Shown here: in pieces, positions 30,719 to 41,453 of the stretch | How the letters are laid out: the number at the start of each line of letters is the position of its first letter | Numbering within the stretch: position 1 is the first letter of the stretch | Source: an uncultured delta proteobacterium | GTDB lineage: Bacteria; Myxococcota_A; Polyangia; Polyangiales; B10-G4 | Length of the DNA stretch: 64,000 nt | NCBI GenBank assembly: GCA_963727445.1 | Contig: CAVSGI010000021.1 | Span: 160,001-224,000 of the forward strand | Reading direction: 5' to 3' | Program-made: the position numbers and the translations under genes | Notes under the pieces: generated by a model | Database searches by the model: none | Seen by the model: only the letters and a program-made list of their open reading frames with translations | What the model was told of the DNA's origin: nothing

Positions 30719-32132
30719 TCATGGCCCCGTGACCTCCGAGTCGGGCACTTCGACCAGGCATTTGAACTCGTCGCGGGTCCTGAGGGGTGGAACGGCGTCC
30801 GGCGTGAAGCGGATCTCCGAGCATCCATCCCGCAGCTCGTAGCTCCAGCCGGAGCCCGCGCCGCCGGGCACCTGGTCCACGAGGCACTGGGCGCGGCCGG
30901 TCGCCGGGTCGATGCCGAGAATCGCTGCGGCCGGGCAGCTCCTCGCAGCGCATTCCCTCGGGCAGCAGCTCCTCCACCACGCAGTCCACCGAGCCGTCTT
31001 CGTTGGGGACGAGGCCCCGATCGAGGCAGACGCCGTCGAGCTGATGGCCGATGCGACGGGTGAGCTCGGCGATCGCCGGGCGGAAGTCGTCCTCGCAGAT
31101 GCTCCGCACGAGGGCGTCCTCGATCTCCCCGGCGACCTCCACCACGCGCCGCGCGGGCGTCGCACGGCTGCGCTCCGTCCCATCGGTGTTCGTCGCGACG
31201 CAGGCGGGTCGGATGCCCAGGAGCTCGGCGTCGTCGTAGACGTAGTCCATCGCGGGGTCTGCGAGGATCGTCGCCGGTGATTGGCCGGCCATCGCGACCG
31301 GGATGCCCGTGATCGCCGCGAAGACGAAGCCGCTCTGATCGCGCCCCGCCGAAAGGTCCTGCGCGAGCGACGCGGCGTCGCGCAAGAGCGACGGGTTCTC
31401 GACGCAGTAGCGGTTGAGCGCCTTGGCGTCGCTCGCGGGGACGCTGGCGTAGAACGCGGTCGGGTCCCCGACGGAGCAGTCCTCCTCGTCGGTGAGGACG
31501 AGCACGGCGAGGAGCGCGTCGTCGCGCGGAAAGCCCGTCTCGTCGATGCGCGACAGGGCCTTGGCGCCCGAGCCGAGGGGCTGCTCGAAACCGCAGCCCT
31601 GTATCCCGGCGTTGGCCACGCAGCCCACGCGATCGACGAAGGCGTCGACGTCCTCGCCCATCTGCCAGGTCTGTAGCGGGCTTCCCGAGCCGTCGCACGC
31701 GACGTCCTCGCGGAAGCGCGCATCCGGGCCGTAGGGATCCATCAGCCTCGAGTCGAGGCCGCAGCCGGCGAGGCCGCGGAACTCGACGCCGTTGGTGCCC
31801 ATGTCGGTGGTCACGATGGCGACGCGAAGCGACTCCACCGCGGGCCAATCGGGCTCGCCGTCGCCGTCCTCGTCGGGGGGGGCGGTGAGCCCGCGCACCA
31901 GGTTCGGGATCTCGCGCCCCAGCAGATCCTGCTCTTCGCGCATCGAGCCGGAGTCGTCGACCACCAGCAGGAGATCCACGTCGGTGAAGCCGCCGGTGCT
32001 CACGCCCTGGTCGAGGACCCGCCCCACCTTCGGATCGAGCGTGCCGAGGTCGCGTTCCAAGCAGCCAGCGAACGACAGACACAAAGCCAAGCTCGAGACG
32101 CACGTCACCCAACGGATCGCCTGCTCACGCAT
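30719..32132 (-). CDS. VWA-domain lipoprotein (CglB-like) 2, frameshifted near 30925
   Basis: Lipobox FAGC; VDLLLVVDDSGSM, GCGFEQPL, LTDEEDCS; the C-terminus LGIDPATGRAQC..EFKCL lies in another frame and matches the paralogs. Confidence 0.75.
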
Positions 32133-32246
32133 GATGATCTCCTCCCGCGAGCCGAGACCTCGCCAGCCAACGCGGCCGCCGGCCTCCGCTCGTCTACTTC
32201 TCACGTGGGTCGACCGCCGACCCTTCGATTTCCACTCGGGGTGACA

Positions 32247-32262
32247 ATCAACTCTCGTGCCG
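32247..32262 (-). promoter_or_regulatory. Sigma54-type promoter of VWA gene 2
   Basis: Minus strand CGGCACGAGAGTTGAT, nearly identical to the site at 30606. Confidence 0.55.
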
Positions 32263-32359
32263 GCTTCCTTTTCGGGGATTGTGGCCGTGCGTCGCCAACT
32301 GCGGTTGGCGACCGCCGTCACTCTGGTTGGCGTCGGCGGACCCCTGGTACTCTCGTCTC

Positions 32360-34972
32360 GTGGGGTTGCGCTCGGTCGTCGTTTGGCTGCTGCTCTCGCT
32401 CGTCGCATGCGCGGGCGAGGCGGCGCCCGACGAGGAGATTGGCAGAGCCCAGGCGGCCCTCGGCGAGCCGGTCGATGGCTTTCCGAGTTGGCAGGAGCGC
32501 GTGGTTCACGTGTGGACGAATCGCGCACGCGCCGATCCGGCCGCGGACCTCGCGGGCTGCAGCTCCTGCGCCGAAGCCGGATGCTACACGCCGGTCGCGC
32601 CGCTGGTCTGGGATCACAACCTCGGCCGCTCGGCGCGCTTCCACTCGGACAACCTCGTCCTCGGTGGATGCGGCCTGCAGCACGACTCGCCCTGCACGGT
32701 GGTGAGCGACATCGATGCGCAGTACACGCCGGGCCCCTGCAACGGCGATCCTTCCTGCGGGTGCGCCGCCGGCTCCTTCATGTGCGGCTCGGTGGGGACC
32801 ACCTGGTCCTCGCGCATCGCCCTGTTCGGCTCCTCGGCGCGGGCCGAGAACATCGCTCGCGGCTCGAGCAGTCCGGTCAGCACCTTCTATCAATGGCTCT
32901 GGGAGCCGGACAGCAATCCCGCCTGCGGCTGGCGCACGACCAACGGCCACCGCGCCAACATCCTCGGCGGCTCGCGCTCCATCGGCGTCGGCAAGGCGGT
33001 GAGCGGCACCACCTGGACCCAGGACTTCGGCGGCAGCGGCACACCGAGCGGCATCGTCTCGGGCGTGCACTATCCCGAGACCGGCAGCAGCATCGAGTTC
33101 CGGGCCAACTGGTACGGGACGGCCGCGCCCGCGACGGCGATGGTCAGCGTCGAGGGCACCTGCGCGCCGCTCGCGCTCGAGCGCGGCAGCGAGACCAACG
33201 GCACCTACCTCGCCACCGCCAGCGTGGGCAGCGGCTGCACCCACTACTACTTCCACTTCACGGACGCGGGCGGGGCCGACGTCTTCTATCCGACCACCGG
33301 CTCCTTCGGCATCGGCTGTGCCGCCGACTGGAGCACCACCCGCCCCGCGCCTTGCGGCCCCTGCACCGCCGATTGCACCGGGCGCACCTGTGGGAGCGAT
33401 GGCTGTGGAGGCTCGTGCGGCACCTGCACCGGTGGGCAGAGCTGCAACGCCTCCGGCGCCTGCGTCTGCTCGGGCACGCTCTGCGGCGGCGTCTGCATCG
33501 ACACCGACACCGACCCGGCGAACTGCGGCGGCTGCGGGGTGACCTGCGCCGCGGGCGAGTTCTGCGCGGCCGGCGTCTGTCGATGCTCACCGGATTGCAG
33601 CGGCCGCACGTGTGGCGACGACGGCTGCGGAGGCTCCTGCGGCTCGTGCCCCAGCGAGCGCATGTGCAACGCGAGCGGCGCGTGCGTGTGCACGAGCGGG
33701 ACGGATTGCGGCGGCGCGTGCGTCGACACCATGACCGATCCGAACAACTGCGGCTCCTGCGGCACGCGCTGTCGTGGATCGACCCGGTTCTGCGTCGGAG
33801 GCACCTGCACCGCCGGATGCACCCCGGACTGTACGGGGCGCTCGTGCGGGAGCGACGGCTGCAGCGGCTCTTGCGGCGCCTGCCCCATGGGCCAGTCCTG
33901 CAACACGTCGGGCGCATGTGTCTGTCCGATGGGCACGACCGACTGCGGCGGCACCTGCGTCGACACCGCGACCGACCCCGCGAGCTGCGGGGCGTGCGGC
34001 ACGGCGTGCGGCATGGGCGAGAGCTGTGTCGCGGGGAGCTGCACGACGATGTGTGTCCCCGACTGCACCGGCAAAGCCTGCGGGAGCGACGGCTGCGGCG
34101 GCTCGTGCGGGACCTGCGCGTCGGGCCGGATGTGCGACACAGCGACCGGCGCATGCATGTGCAGTGGAGGCCTGTCCGATTGCGGCGGCACTTGCGTGGA
34201 CACCGACGTGAACCCCGCACACTGCGGCGGCTGCGGTAGCGCCTGTGCTGTCGGCGAGACCTGCGCCGGCGGAACGTGCAGCTGCGTCCCGAGCTGTGGT
34301 GGGAGGAGCTGCGGCGGTGACGGGTGCGGCGGAACGTGCGGGACCTGCGCCTCCGGGCGGGTGTGCACCGGCGGCAGCTGCGATTGCAGCGCGAGCGCCA
34401 CCGACTGCGGCGGCACCTGCACCGACGTGCGCGTCGACGTGATGAACTGTGGCAGCTGCGGCACCGCCTGCGCCGCCGGTGAGTCCTGCGTTGCGGGGGC
34501 GTGCACGACGGACATGCCGGATGCGGGCTGCACCCCGGCGTGTGCGGGTCGAGACTGCGGCGACGACACCTGCGGCGGTAGCTGCGGCGACTGCGCGAGC
34601 GATCGGCTCTGCGCCTCGGGCGGCGTCTGCGCTTGTAACGCGGAGCTGACGGAGTGCGGCGGCATCTGCGTCGACACGCGGGTGGACAGCCTGCACTGCG
34701 GCGCGTGCGACGCGCCCTGCGGCGCGGGGCTGCGCTGCGTGGGCGGGGTCTGCGACGGGATGCCGACGGCGATGCCGGATGGCGGCACGGCCGATGGCGG
34801 GGTTTTGAGCGACGGCGGCTCGACTCCACGCGACAGCGCGACCGGCGACGGCGGCGCGCTCGAGCCCATCACGGGCGGCTGCGGCTGCTCCTCCGTGCGC
34901 GCCGGTGCGCCCATCGAAGGCGCGCTCTGGCTCATCTTCGGCCTCCTCGCGTTCCTCCGCCGCCGAGGCTGA
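32360..34972 (+). CDS. CAP (SCP/PR-1) domain protein with Cys-rich repeat stalk and MYXO-CTERM
   Basis: WTNRAR, SARFHS, AENIA, GHRANIL, WTQDFG; six pairs of Cys repeats; tail GGCGC + hydrophobic + RRRG. Start uncertain. Confidence 0.8.
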   Translation: MGLRSVVVWLLLSLVACAGEAAPDEEIGRAQAALGEPVDGFPSWQERVVHVWTNRARADPAADLAGCSSCAEAGCYTPVAPLVWDHNLGRSARFHSDNLVLGGCGLQHDSPCTVVSDIDAQYTPGPCNGDPSCGCAAGSFMCGSVGTTWSSRIALFGSSARAENIARGSSSPVSTFYQWLWEPDSNPACGWRTTNGHRANILGGSRSIGVGKAVSGTTWTQDFGGSGTPSGIVSGVHYPETGSSIEFRANWYGTAAPATAMVSVEGTCAPLALERGSETNGTYLATASVGSGCTHYYFHFTDAGGADVFYPTTGSFGIGCAADWSTTRPAPCGPCTADCTGRTCGSDGCGGSCGTCTGGQSCNASGACVCSGTLCGGVCIDTDTDPANCGGCGVTCAAGEFCAAGVCRCSPDCSGRTCGDDGCGGSCGSCPSERMCNASGACVCTSGTDCGGACVDTMTDPNNCGSCGTRCRGSTRFCVGGTCTAGCTPDCTGRSCGSDGCSGSCGACPMGQSCNTSGACVCPMGTTDCGGTCVDTATDPASCGACGTACGMGESCVAGSCTTMCVPDCTGKACGSDGCGGSCGTCASGRMCDTATGACMCSGGLSDCGGTCVDTDVNPAHCGGCGSACAVGETCAGGTCSCVPSCGGRSCGGDGCGGTCGTCASGRVCTGGSCDCSASATDCGGTCTDVRVDVMNCGSCGTACAAGESCVAGACTTDMPDAGCTPACAGRDCGDDTCGGSCGDCASDRLCASGGVCACNAELTECGGICVDTRVDSLHCGACDAPCGAGLRCVGGVCDGMPTAMPDGGTADGGVLSDGGSTPRDSATGDGGALEPITGGCGCSSVRAGAPIEGALWLIFGLLAFLRRRG
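33352..34760 (+). repeat. Intragenic tandem repeat: six alternating A/B Cys-rich modules
   Basis: A = CxPxCxG(R/K)xCGxDxCxGxCGxC; B = CGGxCxDxxxDxxxCGxC; strict ABABAB order. Boundaries approximate. Confidence 0.85.
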
Positions 34973-35075
34973 GCGGTCCCCAAAGATCCTCCCGAAGCCG
35001 AGAAACCGACCCCGTCCCCACAGGATCGCAAAAAGTTGCGGACCTCGGGGGTGAATGGTGCGAAAAAGGTGCGAG

Positions 35076-36437
35076 ATGGGTGCGCGCGTTCTGGTGGTCG
35101 ATGACGAGGAGAACATCCGGCTGGTTCTCCGGACGCTGCTCAAGAAGCACGGCTATCAGGTGGAGGTGGCGAAGAGCGCCGAGGACGCCCTCGAGCGGCT
35201 CGACCCATTCGATCCCGACTTCGTCCTCGCGGACGTGCGCATGGGCGGGATGAGCGGGATCGAGCTGACGGGTGAGCTCTCGGCGCGCGCCCATCGCGCG
35301 ACGGTGATCGTGATGAGCGCCTACGGCTCGGTGGACCTGGCGATCGAAGCGATGAAAGCCGGCGCCTACGACTACGTCTCGAAACCCTTCAAGCAAGACG
35401 AGATCCTCCTGTCGCTGCGGAAGGCGGAGGAGCGCGAGGATCTGCGGCGCGAGAACCGGGCGCTGAAAGCCGCCGCGCGCAAGACACACGAGCTCGACGA
35501 GATGCTCGGCAAGAGCGAGGCGATGCAGCGCGTCTTCGCGGTCATCAAGAAGGCGGCCGAGTACAAGACGACGATCCTGGTGCAGGGCGAGAGCGGCACG
35601 GGCAAGGAGCTCGTCGCCCGCGCGCTCCATCGCCTCTCGCCGCGCAAGGACCAGACCTTCGTCGCCGTGAACTGCGGCGCCATCCCGGAGTCGCTCCTCG
35701 AGAGCGAGCTCTTCGGCCACAAGCGCGGCGCCTTCACCGACGCGAGCACCGACAAGCGCGGGCTCTTCGAGGAGGCCGACGGCGGCACGCTCTTCCTCGA
35801 CGAGATCGGCGAGCTCCCGCTCTCGCTTCAGGTGAAGCTCCTGCGAGTCCTACAGGAAGGGACGCTGCGCCGTCTCGGCGAGAACAAGGACCGGGAGGTC
35901 GACGTCCGCGTGATCGCCGCCACGGTGCGCGACCTGGAAACGGAGGTCGCGGAGGGGCGCTTTCGCGAAGATCTCTACTATCGCCTCAACGTCCTGCAGA
36001 TCCGCGTTCCACCGCTCCGCGAGCGCGGGGACGACGTGCCGCTGCTCCTCGAGCACTTCATCGAGCGCTGCAACGAAAAGCTCGGCACGCGGATCCGCGG
36101 CGTCGACGCTGCGGCCAAGAAGGCCCTGGTCGGCTACGCCTTCCCGGGCAACGTGCGCGAGCTCGAGAACATGATCGAGCGCGCCGTGGTCCTCTCGGAG
36201 GGCGAGACCATCACCTCGGAGGATCTCCCCGACCGCGTTCACGCGGCGAACGATCCCATCCGCACCATGCTCGAGAGCGGCGAGCTCTCCATCAAGAAGA
36301 CCGCCCGCTTCATGGAGGAGACCCTCATCCGCAAGGCCCTCGACGAGACCGGCGGCAACCGCACCGCCGCCGCCAAGCTCCTCGAGATCTCGCACCGAGC
36401 CTTGCTCTACAAGATCAAGGACTACGGGATCACGTAG
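35076..36437 (+). CDS. Sigma54-dependent response regulator (NtrC family)
   Basis: VLVVDDE receiver, [40 protein letters not shown], Fis-type HTH. Confidence 0.95.
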   Translation: MGARVLVVDDEENIRLVLRTLLKKHGYQVEVAKSAEDALERLDPFDPDFVLADVRMGGMSGIELTGELSARAHRATVIVMSAYGSVDLAIEAMKAGAYDYVSKPFKQDEILLSLRKAEEREDLRRENRALKAAARKTHELDEMLGKSEAMQRVFAVIKKAAEYKTTILVQGESGTGKELVARALHRLSPRKDQTFVAVNCGAIPESLLESELFGHKRGAFTDASTDKRGLFEEADGGTLFLDEIGELPLSLQVKLLRVLQEGTLRRLGENKDREVDVRVIAATVRDLETEVAEGRFREDLYYRLNVLQIRVPPLRERGDDVPLLLEHFIERCNEKLGTRIRGVDAAAKKALVGYAFPGNVRELENMIERAVVLSEGETITSEDLPDRVHAANDPIRTMLESGELSIKKTARFMEETLIRKALDETGGNRTAAAKLLEISHRALLYKIKDYGIT

Positions 36438-36535
36438 AGCCGGCCGAAGGCCGCGACCCGGCGCCGTAGCCGCCGAGCGGGGAGGTCGACCTCTCGCACG
36501 TGTCGACCCGGGGCGAAGCCCCTCACCAAAACCAT

Positions 36536-37033
36536 TCACGCGAAGCGCACGAGGACCATGTCGCCTTCGACCGTCTGTCCTTCGCTCACCTCGATCGCCT
36601 GGACCCTGCCGTCGGCGCTGGCGCGAAGCTCGTTCTCCATCTTCATGGCTTCCACCACGATGATGGGCTGCTCGGCGGTGACCTCTTCGCCCTCGGTGAC
36701 CAGGATCTTCACGACGCGCCCCGGCATCGGTGCGCGGATCTCCTTGCCGCCCCCGCCCACGGCGCCGCGCCGCGCGCGCCTCGAGCGGGCCCGCTCGCTC
36801 TCCACCTCGGCGATCGCGCGCCGCGCGCCCGCGGCCACCTGTTTGGCTTCGGCGCGGCCGCCGGCGACCAGGTCGAAGACCTTGCCCCCGATGCGCAGGC
36901 TCACGCCGCCTGGGATCCGCACGGCGTCGACCGGGACCGGCGCGCCGTCCATGGAGACGTCGACGGTACCCGCGTCGGTGATCTGGACGTCGATCGCCCG
37001 CTCCGTACCGTCGATGGTCACCAAATAGCGCAT
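36536..37033 (-). CDS. Biotin carboxyl carrier subunit of an acyl-CoA carboxylase
   Basis: IRAPMPGRVV, VEAMKMENEL. Confidence 0.9.
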   Translation of the reverse strand: MRYLVTIDGTERAIDVQITDAGTVDVSMDGAPVPVDAVRIPGGVSLRIGGKVFDLVAGGRAEAKQVAAGARRAIAEVESERARSRRARRGAVGGGGKEIRAPMPGRVVKILVTEGEEVTAEQPIIVVEAMKMENELRASADGRVQAIEVSEGQTVEGDMVLVRFA

Positions 37034-37112
37034 GTCGCGGGGTCTTTAGCGGTTGATCCCCATATCTCGCAACGAAATACCGCCAGAGCTGCGTTCGTAG
37101 CACAGTGAGAGA

Positions 37113-37856
37113 ATGGTCGAGGCCGGCACCGAGCAGAGCCCGCGAAAGACGAGCAAAGCCCTCTGGAAGAAGGCGCTCGAACGGCGGGGTCCACTCACGA
37201 GCCTGGTCCTGACCATCCCCGTCTTCCTCGCCTACCACCTCGGCATCCTCTTCATCGACCTGCGAAACGGGGTCGACCTCGTCACCGACCTGACCTTCCG
37301 CCTCCTCGAGCAGAGCACCGGCGCCTACATCGGGGTCACCCTCGGCTTCGCGGCGCTCCTGGTCGGCGCGGTCGTGCTCTTCCGCCGCAAGGACGACCGC
37401 TTCAATCCGCGCGAGATCCTGCCGGTGCTCGGTGAGAGCGCGCTCCTCGCCGTGGGCATGCTCCTTCTGGTCGGCTGGGCCACCCAGCACATCTTCGATG
37501 CCCAGACCGGCGGCGAGTCGATGGGCTTCTTCGATCGCCTGGTGATGGCTTGCGGCGCCGGCTTTCACGAGGAGATCGTCTTCCGCGTGATCCTCTTCGG
37601 GGGCGGCGCCTTCGTGCTGCGCCGCTTTCCCCTGGTGGGCGACCTGACGGCGTTCGTCGTCGCGGCCCTCGTGAGCTCGGTGATCTTCAGCATCGTGCAC
37701 TACGTCGGAAGCCTGGGCGACAGCTTCACGCTGGTGAGCTTCGTCTTCCGCATCATCGCCGGCCTCTATCTGGTCGCGGTCTACAAGCTCCGGGGCTTCG
37801 CGGTCGCCGTCTACACCCACACCTTCTACGACCTCCTCGTTTTCTTCATCGTCTGA
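37113..37856 (+). CDS. CPBP (type II CAAX/Abi) intramembrane glutamic protease
   Basis: AGFHEEIVFR (EExxxR), FSIVHY (FxxxH), THTFYD (HxxxB); several TM helices. Confidence 0.85.
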   Translation: MVEAGTEQSPRKTSKALWKKALERRGPLTSLVLTIPVFLAYHLGILFIDLRNGVDLVTDLTFRLLEQSTGAYIGVTLGFAALLVGAVVLFRRKDDRFNPREILPVLGESALLAVGMLLLVGWATQHIFDAQTGGESMGFFDRLVMACGAGFHEEIVFRVILFGGGAFVLRRFPLVGDLTAFVVAALVSSVIFSIVHYVGSLGDSFTLVSFVFRIIAGLYLVAVYKLRGFAVAVYTHTFYDLLVFFIV

Positions 37857-37875
37857 GAACGGCTAGTCTCCGCCG

Positions 37876-39347
37876 GTGCGCTTCGCGCTCGCGCTCCTGC
37901 TGATCTCAGTCTCGCTGGTCGCGCCCGCCCAGGCCCAGGCCGAGGACTGGCTCGCGCTCTACCCGGAGTGCGGCTTCGGTCCCGAAGCGCGCGCCCTCGG
38001 GCGCATGGCGATCCTCTACCCGCGCCCTGGCCTGCCGGCGGTGGTGCGCGCCGGAGAGCGACTCGTGACGCGGGTGCGCGTGCCCTCCGGTCTGACGCCG
38101 CCCCCGGGCGTGCAGAAGGATCGCGCCCTGCTCGGCTGGTCCGCGGAGCTCGTCGGCCAGAGCATCGCCCTCGGCAGCGGCGGCGAACACGCCTACGAGA
38201 CGCGCGTCGTCGACGTGCGTCCGGATGGACAATCGACCCTCGTCTATCGCGCGTCGATCGAAGTGCCGCGCTGGGCGGCGCCCGGGACCTACGGCTTGCG
38301 CCTGAGCGCGCCCGGAGGCAACGACGCCGTGGCGGGAGCCGTGCGCATCGTGGCGCCAGACGCCCCGCTTCGCCTCACGCGCCTCGGGGTCGACATCGTG
38401 CCGGACGACGAGGAGGCGGCGCGGCGCGCTCTGTCGGCCCTCGCGACCGCGCCGGTGGACGTGGTGGTGGCGCACAGCGAAAGCCTGCGCGCGATCCTCG
38501 AGAGCGCGCGCCCGGCTGCGGCCTTGCCCGCCTTGCTCCTCGTCGACGAGGAGGCGCCGATCGTGCTGCGCGGCGACGACGCCGCGCTCCTCGTCTTCGG
38601 TGAATGCGACGACCGCTACGCGCCCTTCGAGATGCAGCTCGAAGGGCTGGCCAGGCGCGAGGAGCGAACGCCGAGGCCCTTCGTCGATCTCGAGACGTCG
38701 CTCGATGCCGTGACGCCGGCGATGCTCGCCGCCCCGACGATCACGGCCGAGGGCGAGACGCTCAGCATCGCGGCGGGCGAGGCGCCGATCGAGCTCGGGG
38801 TGCGCTACGCCGACGACGGGCGCGCGGTGCGCGTCACGGGCGGCGCCCACGCCTTCTACCCGGCGGTCACCATCCCCATGACGGGCCAGGTGCGCACCCT
38901 CGTGCTCCGGCTGCGCCTCGACGCGGGCGAGACCGCCACCCTCGCGCGCGCGGCGGCGCGCTCGCCCGTCTCCCTGCCGGCGCTCCACCTCGAGCCCCAA
39001 AAGCCGCGGAGCGGGGACGAGATCCATCTGCACGTCGACGATGAGGGCCTCGCCCTGGTGGCGTGGCGCCTCGAGGAGGACGTCACCCTGGTCGGTCCCG
39101 ACGTCCGCCACACCTATCGCCCCGTGGGCGAAGAGCAGGTCCATCTCTTCGTGATCACGGACGAAGGCGTGGGGGCCGAGCGAACCGAGCGCTTCATCAT
39201 CGAGACCCGCGAGGTCCGGGGCTGCGGCTGCGGCGCGTCCGGAGAGGGGGGGGCGGGCCGCGGTGGGCCGATCTTTGGCTGATCGCCCTGGTTTTGCTAA
39301 AAGTGGGCTGTCGCGGCAGGAATAGAAGAACCCCGCGGCTCCGTTGA
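37876..39347 (+). CDS. Secreted protein with probable MYXO-CTERM tail; frameshift in G8 run 39246-39253
   Basis: Signal peptide; PKD-like C-terminal region; RGCGC then, with one more G, ..WADLWLIALVLLKVGCRGRNRR. As sequenced it stops at 39282. Confidence 0.6.
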
Positions 39348-39356
39348 GGCTTTTCG

Positions 39357-39842
39357 ATGCAGAGACTCCATCTTGCGTTCTTGGCTCTGTTGGCGCTGTC
39401 GGGGGCAACCCAGGGCTGCGCCCGAGACGTGATCCCGAACACCGACGTGGAGGACACCTCCGACAACCGCGACGTCCTCGAGTTCTGCGAGCGCTATCGC
39501 CTGGCCGTCGAAGAGCGGAACGTCCCCGCCCTGATGCACCTGGCCTCCGAGCGCTACTACGACGACAACGGCACCCCCAGCGGCCTCGACGACGTCGACT
39601 ACGACGGGCTCGCGGAGAAGCTGAACGCCTGGCGCGAGGGGGTCCTCGACGTGCGCTACGAGATCCGCTACCGACGCGTGACCTTCCATCGCGAGCGGGT
39701 GCTGGTGGACTACACCTACACCGGCTCGTTCCGGGTCCGGGCCCCCAGCGGCGAGCGCTGGGCCCGACGCCTCGCCGACAACCGCCTGATCATCCATCGG
39801 GAAGGCGAAGGCGAGGAATTCCGGATCCTCTCCGGCATGTGA
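39357..39842 (+). CDS. Lipoprotein, possible NTF2-like fold
   Basis: Lipobox TQGC; IPNTDVED, YRLAVEER, ends FRILSGM. Confidence 0.7.
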   Translation: MQRLHLAFLALLALSGATQGCARDVIPNTDVEDTSDNRDVLEFCERYRLAVEERNVPALMHLASERYYDDNGTPSGLDDVDYDGLAEKLNAWREGVLDVRYEIRYRRVTFHRERVLVDYTYTGSFRVRAPSGERWARRLADNRLIIHREGEGEEFRILSGM

Positions 39843-39932
39843 TCACTGTTGATGGGGGGTCGCGGAAGGGGGTACCCTCTAGGGCCCCCTGCGGCTGTGG
39901 CATTACGGTAATTCTGTAATGCCAGAGGTTAC

Positions 39933-41384
39933 ATGGCGACCGGCCCTGGTAAGAAGCGACAGCTCGGTAAGATCCTGCTGAAGCAGAAGCTCGTGACGCA
40001 GGAAGAGCTGAGCGACCTCCTGGATACCCAGAAGGCCGAGGGAGGCAGGCTCGCGTCCACCGCGGTGTCGAGCGGCAAGGTCAAGGAGGTCGATCTCCTC
40101 AAGGCCCTCAGCGAGCAGCACGGTCTGCCGGGGATCGATCTCGCGCAGGTCGTGGTCCCCCTTTCGAACCTCGAGCTGATCCCACCGGAGATCGCCAAGC
40201 AGCATCTCATCCTCCCGATCCTGGTGAAGGAGGATCGCATCTTCCTCGCCATGGCCGACCCAGGGGACAAGCGGGTCATCGACGAGATCGAGTTCGTGAC
40301 CGGGCGGCGCGTCTTTCCGTACATCGCCCTGCACGACTCGCTGAAGAAGGTCATCACCGACGCCTACGGCCGGCTCGAGCGCGGCGAGCCCTACTGGGTC
40401 GGTCCGAACGTTCCCGCCGACTACCTGAAGTCGATCGGTCTCGATGGAAAGACCAAGGCCGATCCCCGACCTGGGGACGAGGGTGGGGTGGTCGTCGATC
40501 GGGAGATCGAACAGCGCCTCGAGGACGAGCTCGGCATCGCGGAGCTGGCGAAGAATCGCGGTCAGGGCTTGGACTTCCTCGAGACCACCAACCTCGAGCC
40601 CATCCCCAAACGCGACAAGCCCACCATCCTGGTGGTGGACGACGAAGAGGACATCCGCCGTCTGCTCCGCCGCGTGCTCTCGGAGAACAACTACGAGGTG
40701 ATCGAGGCCGAAAAGGGGCTCGAAGCGCTCCAGTCGGTGCGGGCGCAGGTCCCGGATCTGATCCTCCTCGACGCGATGCTCCCCGAGGTGCACGGCTTCG
40801 ACATCTGTCGCCGCATCAAGGGCAGCAAGCGCTACGGGCACATCCCGATCATCATGGTGAGCGCCATCTATCGCGGCTGGCGTTTCGCCGAGGACCTGAA
40901 GACCTCATACGGGGTCGAGGCTTTTCTCGAGAAGCCGTTCAAGATCGGCGACGTCCTGACGCTGGTGGAGCGTGCCCTCGCCGGACGCAAGAGCGACATG
41001 CCCGTGCCGGAGGACGACGAGCTGTCACGCGAGGCCAGCGAATCGCTGAGCCAGGGCATCGAGGCGTTCAAGGGCGGCGACATCGACACCGCCATCGAGC
41101 ATCTGAGGCGCGGCATCAACGTCAATCCGCTCTCCTTCAAGCTCCACTACCACCTCGGGCTCCTCTACGGGCGGCGAGAGGACACCTTCGAGGCCATCCA
41201 CGAGCTCGAGACCTCGGTGGATCTGCAGCCCAAGCATTTCTCGGCGCTCAAGAATCTCGCCGTGCTCTATCAGCGCGCGGGCTTCAAACACAAGGCGATC
41301 GAGATGTGGGAGCGGGCCCTGGGCAACGCTCCGGACGACGAAACCAAACAAGGAATCAAAGAACATCTGATGGGATTGCTCTAA
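39933..41384 (+). CDS. Response regulator with GspE/PilB N-terminal (MshEN-like) domain and C-terminal TPRs
   Basis: QLGKILLKQKLVTQEEL..Q, LAMADP; ILVVDDE..LILLDAMLP..KPF receiver; HYHLGLLY, NLAVLY TPRs. Confidence 0.85.
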   Translation: MATGPGKKRQLGKILLKQKLVTQEELSDLLDTQKAEGGRLASTAVSSGKVKEVDLLKALSEQHGLPGIDLAQVVVPLSNLELIPPEIAKQHLILPILVKEDRIFLAMADPGDKRVIDEIEFVTGRRVFPYIALHDSLKKVITDAYGRLERGEPYWVGPNVPADYLKSIGLDGKTKADPRPGDEGGVVVDREIEQRLEDELGIAELAKNRGQGLDFLETTNLEPIPKRDKPTILVVDDEEDIRRLLRRVLSENNYEVIEAEKGLEALQSVRAQVPDLILLDAMLPEVHGFDICRRIKGSKRYGHIPIIMVSAIYRGWRFAEDLKTSYGVEAFLEKPFKIGDVLTLVERALAGRKSDMPVPEDDELSREASESLSQGIEAFKGGDIDTAIEHLRRGINVNPLSFKLHYHLGLLYGRREDTFEAIHELETSVDLQPKHFSALKNLAVLYQRAGFKHKAIEMWERALGNAPDDETKQGIKEHLMGLL

Positions 41385-41453
41385 GCTTCCGTGGGCTTCG
41401 AGGCCGTTTCGGCCCGGACCCCGATTGCGGTACCATCAGGACCCCTTTTCCCG

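Noticed and set aside
33352..34760. Regular repeats as a CRISPR array
   Set aside because: Degenerate in-frame protein repeats with no unique spacers and no cas genes.
32360..34972. TraA kin-recognition receptor
   Set aside because: The head is CAP-like rather than PA14-like and there is no adjacent traB/OmpA gene.
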